DNA of 64,000 bases from Nitrospira sp. (GTDB taxonomy: Bacteria; Nitrospirota; Nitrospiria; Nitrospirales; Nitrospiraceae), in assembly GCA_047150005.1 (NCBI GenBank), contig AP038806.1, positions 3,456,001 through 3,520,000 on the forward strand. Direction: 5' to 3'. Below the pieces are notes generated by a model. The model saw only the letters and a program-made list of their open reading frames with translations, was not told the origin of the DNA and did no database searches. Positions 9,784 to 18,700 of this stretch are shown here, one piece after another. Both the position numbers and the translations under genes were made by a program. Every line of letters starts with the position of its first letter. Within the stretch, counting starts at the first letter, position 1.

Positions 9784-9870
9784 CTACTCCTGCCAGATGA
9801 TCCCGACGACGATATAGATTAGCGCCGCCATCACTGCATTCGCCAAGAATAAGATTACGCCGATGTCCAT
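9784..9870 (-). CDS. 28-aa single-TM microprotein, copy 2
   Basis: MDIGVILFLANAVMAALIYIVVGIIWQE; RBS GGAGG. Confidence 0.8.
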   Translation of the reverse strand: MDIGVILFLANAVMAALIYIVVGIIWQE

Positions 9871-9915
9871 GAGAGCCTCCGTTGCCGATTGGGGTTGCTG
9901 CTGCACGTAGCGAAC

Positions 9916-9931
9916 TGCAATCAGTAGGCCA
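9916..9931 (-). promoter_or_regulatory. sigma54 promoter of microprotein copy 2
   Basis: TGGCCT-ACTGA-TTGCA, ~46 nt upstream of the ATG. Confidence 0.75.
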
Positions 9932-10155
9932 GGAGAAATCCCAGAAAGCTCCGCCTGTATTGCACGTGCGTGACTGCAGTGAAGACAAGGCAATCCGTCG
10001 ATGACGATCGAATGAATGAAGATGGAACGACCCTATGTTTCAGGCCGAATGGGCTCTAAAAGAGTTCGGGATGAATCAAAAGAGATTCAGAGAGGGACGC
10101 CGATTTGTAGATTCCCAGAAGCGGGACGGTTTCCAACAAGAAGAGAGGCTGTCCC

Positions 10156-10704
10156 TTACGATTGCCCGGTGGGAAGGCTTTGACAGAAGAGGTCGACCGT
10201 CTTTCGAAAGAGGAACAGCGCGGTATCTTGAGGCGAGGCAGCGAGGGCAGCACCCGCAGCCGCACGAATCTGATCCGCTGTGAGATCAAACCGTTTGACC
10301 ACAAAAGCCGCGTCGTCAAGGTCAAGCTCCGTTCCCCGTCGCAACTTGGCAATGACGCAGTCGAGAGGAGCCATCAGTCTTATGCGGAGATTATCGTGAT
10401 GCACCAAATCGGTTGCGCGATCCCGATATCCTGGTGGCATCGCGACGACCGACCAGCCGGAAAAATTGGTGGTCAAGTCGGCTGGAATCTGATGTTGATT
10501 CAGGAACCCGGCTAAGGGCTCGACAGCCCCAATAAGCTCCGCGTCCACATCCCGTGTCAGTCGGTCTTGGTAGCCATACGCCTGCAGGGTCAAGGCTCCC
10601 ACGAGCAAGACATCGACCGGGTCGCTGGTTTGGCCGGCGTACGATCTCAGCAAGCCGATAACGTAATCAACGGTGAGCGCAGACAAAGGTGAGAGCCTCG
10701 GCAA
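10156..10704 (-). CDS. Nucleotidyltransferase-fold protein (DUF6036/AbiEii-like), candidate toxin
   Basis: LLVGA..L....RLTRDVD motif and AKLRRGTELDLDD (K-x-x-R...D-x-x-D) C-terminal motif. Start uncertain (TTG). Confidence 0.7.
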   Translation of the reverse strand: MPRLSPLSALTVDYVIGLLRSYAGQTSDPVDVLLVGALTLQAYGYQDRLTRDVDAELIGAVEPLAGFLNQHQIPADLTTNFSGWSVVAMPPGYRDRATDLVHHDNLRIRLMAPLDCVIAKLRRGTELDLDDAAFVVKRFDLTADQIRAAAGAALAASPQDTALFLFRKTVDLFCQSLPTGQS

Positions 10705-11008
10705 ATGCCCGATAGTCGCGGGAGTCGATAGGACCCGTATCCAACGGCAGTGGTGATCTGTTCAATAGATACGTGATCAAGCGGCTGTATTGTGTGTACC
10801 AACGGCAGGCGTTCCGATACGCCGCTTCAACAGCCGGATCCGACTTCCAGGGTGAAACATCAAGTTGGTCGTTGACGAGAATCTCGAGCCACAGGGTTTT
10901 GCGGCCTCGCGCGGTCTTCACGGCCTCAGTAATTGAGTCGGTACCCAAGTAAGCCGGTAGCAATCGAAGCGGCTGTTCGGCTGATCCTGACTGAGCCACT
11001 TGTTTCAT
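10667..11008 (-). CDS. Hypothetical protein overlapping the NTase gene, candidate antitoxin
   Basis: 113-aa ORF overlapping the downstream NTase; extended -10 TGATACACT 6 nt before the ATG suggests a leaderless mRNA. Confidence 0.6.
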   Translation of the reverse strand: MKQVAQSGSAEQPLRLLPAYLGTDSITEAVKTARGRKTLWLEILVNDQLDVSPWKSDPAVEAAYRNACRWYTQYSRLITYLLNRSPLPLDTGPIDSRDYRAFAEALTFVCAHR

Positions 11009-11094
11009 GACGCGAGTGTATCACAGCGTTCAATCAGGCAGGAAGAGCGAAGCGCCTACACGAACGAGAAGGGGGACAGCCACCGACTGGAAGG

Positions 11095-11131
11095 AAGGCC
11101 GCGCTGCCAGTGATGGTGACAGCGCGGCCTT
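11095..11131 (-). terminator. Strong hairpin, terminator-like
   Basis: 12-bp perfect stem AAGGCCGCGCTG / CAGCGCGGCCTT followed by a pyrimidine tract on the minus strand. Confidence 0.6.
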
Positions 11132-11248
11132 AGTGGCGCAGAGGCGACCGGCGGACTCTGGAAGGGTCAGGACCAGAACCAGCCAGGACGGCGGCCGTCT
11201 CGCGACGGTCGAACACCCGATGGTCGGCTCCGCGCCGGAAGCTTACAA

Positions 11249-11362
11249 GAGTTCTGAGTTTTAAGTGCTGAGTGTCGGTCATGATGTAGAGGATATGTAT
11301 CCTGTTCCAGAAGGGGACCACACTCCGCCCACTCAGGACTCAACACTGAGGACTCAGGACTC
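11249..11362. repeat. Inverted arrays of degenerate heptamers
   Basis: gagttctgagttttaagtgctgagtg ... cactcaggactcaacactgaggactcaggactc. Confidence 0.6.
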
Positions 11363-11368
11363 CGTCCA

Positions 11369-11455
11369 TCAGTCCTGCCAGATCTTGGTAATCACAATGT
11401 AGATGAGGACGGCCATCAGTGTATTGCTGAGGATTAGGATCACTGCGAAGTCCAT
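11369..11455 (-). CDS. 28-aa single-TM microprotein, copy 3
   Basis: Manual translation MDFAVILILSNTLMAVLIYIVITKIWQD; RBS AAGGAGA; absent from the ORF track. Confidence 0.8.
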   Translation of the reverse strand: MDFAVILILSNTLMAVLIYIVITKIWQD

Positions 11456-11521
11456 GATGCTCTCCTTCTCGTCCTATGGTCCGACGATGGATTGTGCGCG
11501 TGACCCTTGCCCGCGATACAA

Positions 11522-11537
11522 AGCAATACGCATGCCA
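11522..11537 (-). promoter_or_regulatory. sigma54 promoter of microprotein copy 3
   Basis: TGGCAT-GCGTA-TTGCT, near-consensus, ~67 nt upstream of the ATG. Confidence 0.8.
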
Positions 11538-11858
11538 TCGGATCTCGGATATGTCGGTTCATCCATACACAACGTGATTGGCCGCAATTTTAGAGGCGAT
11601 TCGCATTTCTCTCGTCGAGGGCTGTCACGACGGAGTGAATCAATACGCAACACAACTGAATCTGTTCGTCCTGTAACGGCATCACATTTGATCCAGGAGG
11701 TGTCAATCAAGAATCAAGAATTCCGATTGAGGAATTTCTGCCGAGGCTGCGCGGGAACGTGCTGAATGCTGAGCCGGAACTCAGCACAATGGGAGAGGAC
11801 AGGCTGCATCTTCTTCCGACCAGAGATGATGAGGAGGTCGGCGAGACGTCGGCGTCAT

Positions 11859-14066
11859 TTATCTGATTGTCTCCTGTGTCGAATAGAAGGGAAGGGTGAA
11901 GTAGAATGAAGTGCCTCGACCAACCGTGCTGTCCACCCAGATGCAGCCGCCGTGCAACTCGACCAGACTTTTGGCGATGGCCAAACCCAACCCGGCTCCT
12001 CTGGCTTCCGCTGATGTGGTTGTTCCCCTGAAGAATTTCTCGAAGACTTTCGGCAGCTCGGCAGGCGGGATGCCGCAGCCGGTATCGGACACGCAAATCT
12101 GGAGAAAGTCGGTGTTATCGTGGACCTGTGCCTGCACGGAGATCCGTCCCCCGGGCGGGGTGAACTTGATCGCGTTGCCGATGAGATTCGTCAGAATCTG
12201 CGTAAGCTTGTCCCGATCTGCATGAACAGCCGGCAGAGCCGCAAGGGAGTGCAAGTCGATGGTCACGGATTTACCGGCCGCGAGCGACTGCAATCCTTCA
12301 ATCAGCTCGTTCATCCATTCGACGATCGGAATCGGTTCCTGTCTCAGCTCGACTCGACCGGCTTCAATGCGGGACAGATCGAGCAGATCCACGATCATTC
12401 GCGTCAGACGGTCGATGTTGAATTGGATGCGGCGAAGATACTGCGATTGTTTGTCGTTCACGGCGCCGGTCACACCGTCGAGCATGTTTTCAACATAGGT
12501 CCGGATCGACGTCATGGGCGTGCGCAGCTCGTGCGACACCATGGACACGAACGAGGATTTCAGCTGATTCAACTCTTGTAACTGCTTGTTCGCCGCTTCG
12601 AGTTGGACCGTCCTCTCGCAGACTTTCTGCTCAAGCCCCGTATTCAGTTCTTCGATCTCCCGGTACGCCGCGACATTGTCCAACGCGATGGCCAGTTGAT
12701 TGGCAAAGGTGACCATGAGAGCCAAGTCATCTTGAGTCAGACTATGCGCCTTACTCCGGTCTACAGTTATCGAGCCCAAGATCCAATTCTTGACCTTTAA
12801 TGGGACAGAGAGAAACGACTCGGTGCCTGTTTGTTCCACGAGTTTCCAAGAGAGAGGATGAAGTTGTTCACGAATCTTGGTCACGTCACTGACAAGAATG
12901 GGCTGACCCCGCAAGAGGACCATTCCCTCGATGCTGGATGGGTCGGCCACCGGCACTTCAAGTTGCCGAGCGAACGCGGCGATCTCAGGCACGACTCCGA
13001 GGAGGCGGGCACTGTGGCTGATCTGGCGAAGAGGGTCGTAAAAGCTGATCATGACTCGATCGTAAGACAGTTTGTGGATGAGTGTTTCTTGAGCGCAATG
13101 AAGTAACGTTTCCTTGTCCCTGGTCGAGGTGAAGGCCAATCCCGCATCATAGAGTGTGGTCAAATGATCGACACGCCGCTGAAGATCCGAAGCGAGCTGC
13201 TGTTGCTGAACATAGGCCTTTTGCAGTTCGTCGTGCCAGGCATCGAGCGATCGTGCCTGCTCCTCGATAATGTGTTCGCGTTGTGCGATCTGTTGAACGG
13301 ACCCCGGCCGGTTCAACCATGTGCTCACTCGCCACAAACGCCGCGCCGGTGTGCTTGCTTGCCAGGCCACTTCCCATTCGCAATATTCGTCGCCTTCCGC
13401 GACACAACTACGATCGGTCACCGTTGCGGGCGGCAGTTGGTGGAAGATTTCAGGGACTCCGACGAAATAGCCCTTCACGGCGGTACACCACAGACGAGCG
13501 CACGAACGACGATACAGGCCGAAATGACGATACGTGCGTTCGCTGAACGTCAACCGCATGATGGCCCACCGGTCCGACATCGTGACGGCATCCACAAAAA
13601 AAGAATTTCTTGAGTATCGTTGAGCGATATAGACGGACATCTTGTAGATTTGTTGAACCGAGAACCGCCGCAGCAGTATCTGGATGATAGGTGAAATGGC
13701 CTTCTTTCTGGCCATGTTGAATTGAAGATCCGGATCGCCGGAAATGTCGGAGCAGATCTGAGTAAAGAAGGCGGAGAATTCGGTGGAGTAGCTGTTCCAC
13801 GGATTCTTCAAGATCGCTTCGGTAATGCGAAATGCCGGATCTGGAATCCGTTCATTCAGCAGGCGGACGAGCTCTTGAAGTGCACGCGCTCCGGAAGCGA
13901 CACCCTCTTTCTTGGAGACATACTCCTCCAGCTCTTCGACGCAGGCCTTGACGACGACTCCACTGAGATCGCGGATCCTTGTTCCGTCAGGTTCGGTCCC
14001 GAAGGGCTGAAATTCCATCATGCCCTTCTCGGTAATGGAATGATCTTTCGGGAGCAGCTCGGTCAC
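11859..14066 (-). CDS. Soluble sensor histidine kinase: V4R/H-NOX-like N-terminal domain, GAF, HisKA, HATPase
   Basis: SHELRTP H-box, NLIGNAIKF, DTGCGI and GAGLGL boxes; GAF motifs FLSVPL...LAIALDN; N-domain ends CVAEGDEYCEW; no TM segments. GTG start at 14066 preferred (TTG 14081 possible). Confidence 0.92.
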   Translation of the reverse strand: MTELLPKDHSITEKGMMEFQPFGTEPDGTRIRDLSGVVVKACVEELEEYVSKKEGVASGARALQELVRLLNERIPDPAFRITEAILKNPWNSYSTEFSAFFTQICSDISGDPDLQFNMARKKAISPIIQILLRRFSVQQIYKMSVYIAQRYSRNSFFVDAVTMSDRWAIMRLTFSERTYRHFGLYRRSCARLWCTAVKGYFVGVPEIFHQLPPATVTDRSCVAEGDEYCEWEVAWQASTPARRLWRVSTWLNRPGSVQQIAQREHIIEEQARSLDAWHDELQKAYVQQQQLASDLQRRVDHLTTLYDAGLAFTSTRDKETLLHCAQETLIHKLSYDRVMISFYDPLRQISHSARLLGVVPEIAAFARQLEVPVADPSSIEGMVLLRGQPILVSDVTKIREQLHPLSWKLVEQTGTESFLSVPLKVKNWILGSITVDRSKAHSLTQDDLALMVTFANQLAIALDNVAAYREIEELNTGLEQKVCERTVQLEAANKQLQELNQLKSSFVSMVSHELRTPMTSIRTYVENMLDGVTGAVNDKQSQYLRRIQFNIDRLTRMIVDLLDLSRIEAGRVELRQEPIPIVEWMNELIEGLQSLAAGKSVTIDLHSLAALPAVHADRDKLTQILTNLIGNAIKFTPPGGRISVQAQVHDNTDFLQICVSDTGCGIPPAELPKVFEKFFRGTTTSAEARGAGLGLAIAKSLVELHGGCIWVDSTVGRGTSFYFTLPFYSTQETIR

Positions 14067-14123
14067 GGCCTCGGTCTCCAAAGGCGCAGGTGAGAAAAAC
14101 CCTTCCGACGCTGTGGCATGTTG

Positions 14124-15683
14124 TTACAGCGTCTTCAAATACTCCATCAGTGCCCGTTTGTCCTGATCGGGCAGGTTGGTGCCGTAGACATGGCCTCCAT
14201 TGCCGTTTCCCGGTAGCCTGGTATCGTACTTGAAAGATCCGCTGCAGTCATCCGCACCGGGGTCCCACTGAAATCCGACATGGTCCCAGTCATACAGGTT
14301 GTTTCCCCGACAAAATTCGACGGGCCGTTTGGATGGATCCTGGAGGAGATGCCACAGGGTTGGAACCGACCCATTATGGAGGTACGGAGCCCGCAACCAG
14401 ATACCGGTCAACAACAGGTTCGCGTAGCCGTTCGTCTTCCAGTAGTTTTCGAGCCTCCAGGCGGCCAGATGATGGACCTCGTTCAGCTTGTCGCTGAGCG
14501 CCTCGCTAAACGCATCCAAACGGGCCTGGTCCGTCCCAATGTCCTTGATGCCCACAATTCCGCTCGTTTGAGCGCCGTCTCTCCCGTGACATTTATGACA
14601 GTGGGTCGTGAAGAGCGCCAGGCCCTTCGCCACGAGCTTTTCGGCAAGAAGGGGATCGGTTTTCGGGCCTGGCACCATACTGTGATAGCTCTCGATGGCA
14701 TAGTCATCCGCCTCAAACCATGTCGCAATGCGGGTGACTGCCCGAAGGTCGAGCGTCGCGGGAGTGGCCCCGGCGCCAAGGGCGGCCGTGATGTTGCGCT
14801 CCTGCGGGCTCCGGTTATTGCCGTCCCAGTGCAATGCTCCCTGTGGCAGTTTTTCCCTCCAGAGTGCCGGAAAATCAGCGATTCCCGATAACGCGCCCGG
14901 ATCCATCTCAAGGGTCGGTGCGCCGAACGCCGGCAATTTCTCAAAGATCTGTAAAGAGTCCTGGAGCTTTTCAACCTTGTAATAGGCCCACGTATCGACC
15001 CGGCCCGGTCCGAACGGAGTCGGTCTGCGGTCGAGGAAGCCGAACTTGTGCTTCATGCTTTTCGCGCCGTCCTGAAAGGCCGGAATCAGCAGATAGCGGT
15101 GGATGAACTTCTCCCAATATCCCAGCCGGCCCTTCTGCTCGATGTGTTTCAGGACATTCTCGGTCGTAAAATCGGGATCATCCGCCGCGGCGAAGAGAAA
15201 ACGGAAAAACGCTTCGGCATCCACCGTGTTTGCCGGCATGCCCAAGATGATGCGGGTGGGACCGTCAGGCGTCGCGCGTACAGTCGATACATGACAGAAC
15301 GCGCAATTGATTCCGATGAACTCACCCGCGCCGAACCGCCAGCGCTTTGAGAAGCCGATCGGACGATCGACGCGGTCTTTCGGGTCCATCGTCAGCCCGA
15401 AGGCTTCGTAGGTGAGGGATTGGCATTGCGGGAGATGCGGGAGGTGCTGGGGAAACATTTCCGGCAGGATCTGCCAGATTCTGTAGGGAATGCCTCGTCT
15501 CAAGTTGTCCGACCCGATGGAACCGTACTTGAAGTGCATGGCGGTGTCGTCGTAGGAGTCCGCACATCCATCCAGCACCAACTTGTTGAACAGGTAGACC
15601 AGAACCGCCAGGAGTCCCAGCACGAGGAGGATTCTGCCGCCGGGTCCTCGTGACCGCTTCTGCTTCACCGCGTCTGTTCCCAT
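14124..15683 (-). CDS. Membrane-anchored diheme cytochrome c, RoxA/MauG/CCP-like
   Basis: CAFCH and CHKCH haem motifs; WLRAPYLHNGSVPTL and GNGNGGH.YG motifs as in RoxA-like proteins; N-terminal TM; RBS GGGAGG before ATG 15683. Confidence 0.85.
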   Translation of the reverse strand: MGTDAVKQKRSRGPGGRILLVLGLLAVLVYLFNKLVLDGCADSYDDTAMHFKYGSIGSDNLRRGIPYRIWQILPEMFPQHLPHLPQCQSLTYEAFGLTMDPKDRVDRPIGFSKRWRFGAGEFIGINCAFCHVSTVRATPDGPTRIILGMPANTVDAEAFFRFLFAAADDPDFTTENVLKHIEQKGRLGYWEKFIHRYLLIPAFQDGAKSMKHKFGFLDRRPTPFGPGRVDTWAYYKVEKLQDSLQIFEKLPAFGAPTLEMDPGALSGIADFPALWREKLPQGALHWDGNNRSPQERNITAALGAGATPATLDLRAVTRIATWFEADDYAIESYHSMVPGPKTDPLLAEKLVAKGLALFTTHCHKCHGRDGAQTSGIVGIKDIGTDQARLDAFSEALSDKLNEVHHLAAWRLENYWKTNGYANLLLTGIWLRAPYLHNGSVPTLWHLLQDPSKRPVEFCRGNNLYDWDHVGFQWDPGADDCSGSFKYDTRLPGNGNGGHVYGTNLPDQDKRALMEYLKTL

Positions 15684-15734
15684 GCTGGCCTCCCTCTCGA
15701 TGTGCCGGTGACACCGGCACATCGGATAACCGCC

Positions 15735-18700
15735 TCATGCGTTGATGTTCGCCTCCAGCATATCGGGGTAGATCCTCCACACTTCCCAAGGATCCTTTTC
15801 CATGGTTTGTTGGAGGTTCTGTAACTCACGGCGAAACTGAGCGAAGGCAGCGGCTCCGCGGTTGTCGAGCGCGAGATACGAAAAGTCATCCATCAACGCG
15901 CGTCTGGTTACATTGAGGTTGAAATTCGCATTGACCAACCGTTGATAGACATCGAGCGGCTCGCGTCGCCCGTTCGTGTAGACTCGAACCGGTTGGCGGT
16001 GGGTCCAGAGCTGATAGTTCCAGAGAGAGGTCCCCACACTTTCATGCTGAACGGTCACCAGATAGATGAAGCGGGCAATAAGGCGGGCCACGGCGGCCAA
16101 CGTGAGAGCATCGTGATCTACCCCTACCGCATGGTGAACCCCCGCAGGGCATGGAACGAGATCATTCAAGGCCTTCACCCAATTGACCATGTCGTGGTCA
16201 TCTCGAATGCTGAGGTGAGGTGGATAATGGGCGTCGAGATAGCGCTGAACGTGCTGATGAATCACGTTAAAGAGCGCTTCGAAATTCTGTTGACTGGTAG
16301 CGATCCTGGCAGTCTTCAGGCCCTCGAGGTATTGCCGTACCCCGCGTCTCTTCGCATCCTCCTCCGGATCATTCACAAGAAAGTCGAAGCGGTTATAACT
16401 CTCCGTAAACAGCCGGCACATGCCCTCCTGCGTAAAACTAAAAATCGTTTCAAAGTCCCCATCCTCAACCATCTGCACCAATGTCACCATATAGTTGCTT
16501 TGCAGCGTTCCATAGACGTGGGGCCACAGTAACCGGCAGACCGGGTGGTCGGAAGGCAGGCAGTTTCTGGTGGCGATGGCGAGCGGTTCAGCGCTCGCAA
16601 GGTGCACCCAGTTGAAATGACGGACGAGCGAGAGATGGGTCGTGGCCGCGCAGAGCGCCAGCTTCTTCGCGAGGTCCCAATTGTCAAACCAGGGTCGCGA
16701 AGAGCGAAGAGTTCTTTCCGTGATGTTTTCGATTTCTGTGGCCTCGAGTCGGCCGGGCTGGCGGCGACTGCTGCGGAAGAACACTCTCACCCCTAGACGG
16801 TACAGCCCTTGGTGATACAGGTTCTCCGGAAGCGCGAGATCGCGAAAGTCCCATTGGTACTCTCGAAGCCCCGGCCTGTGTTCGGCGGCGGGGACTCGCT
16901 CGGTATAGCACGCGTAGGGTCCTTTGATCGCGAGCGACCCGAGGTCGGGGCTGCCTTCATATTCCGGAGGCAGATCAGGAGGATCAAAGGCTCTTCGCTG
17001 CAGAAAGGAATAGGCGGTCCGGAATGCCTCTGCCGGATTCGACGACACCGCAGGTAACGGGTTATCGTCCTGCATGGGTGAAAAAATTGAGTACAGTCGG
17101 ACCTGTATGTCGGAGAAGAAGGCCTTTTTCCGTTCTCGTTCGTCGGCCGGAATGTTGCCCGACACCCTGATGTTCGTAATCGGGATCGTCGGGAATCGTT
17201 CGTTGAACGGCACAACGGAAATATCGTCAAGCCGCCACGCCGCCTTGGATTGCCTCAGGCGGCGGTCGAGTCGGTCTGTGAGACATTTCCAGAAATGTTC
17301 AAGGCGCCTTCCGTGCAGGTGTGCGTTTGTCGCGCGGGCTTCGGCCCAGAATTTGAGCCAGACCACCTGTTTCCACCACCATCGTCGGCGAGGGGGAGGA
17401 AGATTGACCGGGCGGTTACCCGCGAATTTGAACCAGCCCACGAAGCGCCAGAATCGCCCCCGGAGGCTCCACGTTACCTCTGCGGGACGGACCATCCAGA
17501 CCGAGCCGATGAAGAGGGCCGAGAGGAGGGCCCCCCACCATGCGGGAGGGCTCGTCAACGCCAGCCAGACGAAGGAATGAAAGTCCTCTTCACGGGCCTT
17601 ATCCAGCAGAAACTTTCCGACACCTAGGGCGAAGCCCACGAGCGCGCCTCGCAGCCCCCACACAACCATCCATGTCCGGTCGCGGACCAGCACCCACGTG
17701 ACGCTGAAGCCCAGGACTGTCCCGAGTACGGCTCCAGCGCTTGCGGTGGACGAGGCCAAGGCCTCTGGAAGGTGCCATTGATGGTGGAAGATCAGATGGA
17801 GCAGCCCTCCGAGGAGCCAACCGCCGGCCGCGGCGACCGCCACCCATCCCATCATCAACAGGCTCAGTCCTGCGGCAGCGCCGATCGCGGCTCCCGCAGC
17901 GACATGAAAGCTCATGACATCGAGTGTCGCGAGAGCCGCGGTGAGGAATGACGCAGAACCACCGGCCCATTCCAGGATGCCCCATACAAGTCCCACGGTC
18001 GCAAGCGTTCCCAATGCGGCGACAAGACTATCGCGTCTTCTGCTCGGTCCCGTTCGCACGAGGGCGTCGCGCAACGCCGTGACCGCGATCACCACGGCGA
18101 GAGATGCGAAGAGCATTAATGCCGTCGAAAGGACCTGCCACAGGTCTTCGACCAGGCCGACGATCACTCCGATGACCGTGCCGATGATCGCTCCGAACAG
18201 TGTCCCAAACAGCAGCCCGTATAATGTCCGCGAGATGAAGCGGCGTATGCCGCCCTCGGCAAATATCCCCCGCAACGGTTTCCGCCCCGCATAGATGACG
18301 GCAATGGCGGCCCCGCAGAAGGCCCCGATCAGCGCCTCCCGTTCGCCCAGTCCATGAAAGAGGATTGTGAGGTCTTTGAGGCCCGAGAAAGACACCTCCT
18401 CGTCCCAGAGGTACCAGGCCCCACCGAGTATCCAGCCGACCAAGGTGCCGGTTCTGACTCGCCATGGACTCTGTTCTCGAATCAAACCGGCGGCGGCCCC
18501 ACACAAGGCTCCGATCAGTGCGGTCCTGGTCAGCAACGCGTGACCGAGAGTCACTGCGACGTCCCAGAGTCCCGACAAGAACAGTCCGTGATTCCACACA
18601 TGGTAGCGCGCACCCATGACCCACCCGATCGTCGCCCCTATACCGGCGGCAGTCTGCATCTGCTCGCGTAACGTGAGGACACGCGTCGCGAGAAAGCTGG

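Noticed and set aside
3669..9993. 67-aa and 69-aa versions of the microprotein ORFs
   Set aside because: Their N-terminal extensions are not conserved and overlap the sigma54 sites; RBS position and the third copy support 28-aa products.
11007..11321. Short ORFs at 11007-11264 (+) and 11130-11321 (-)
   Set aside because: No protein-like features; they cross repeats and hairpins better explained as RNA structure.
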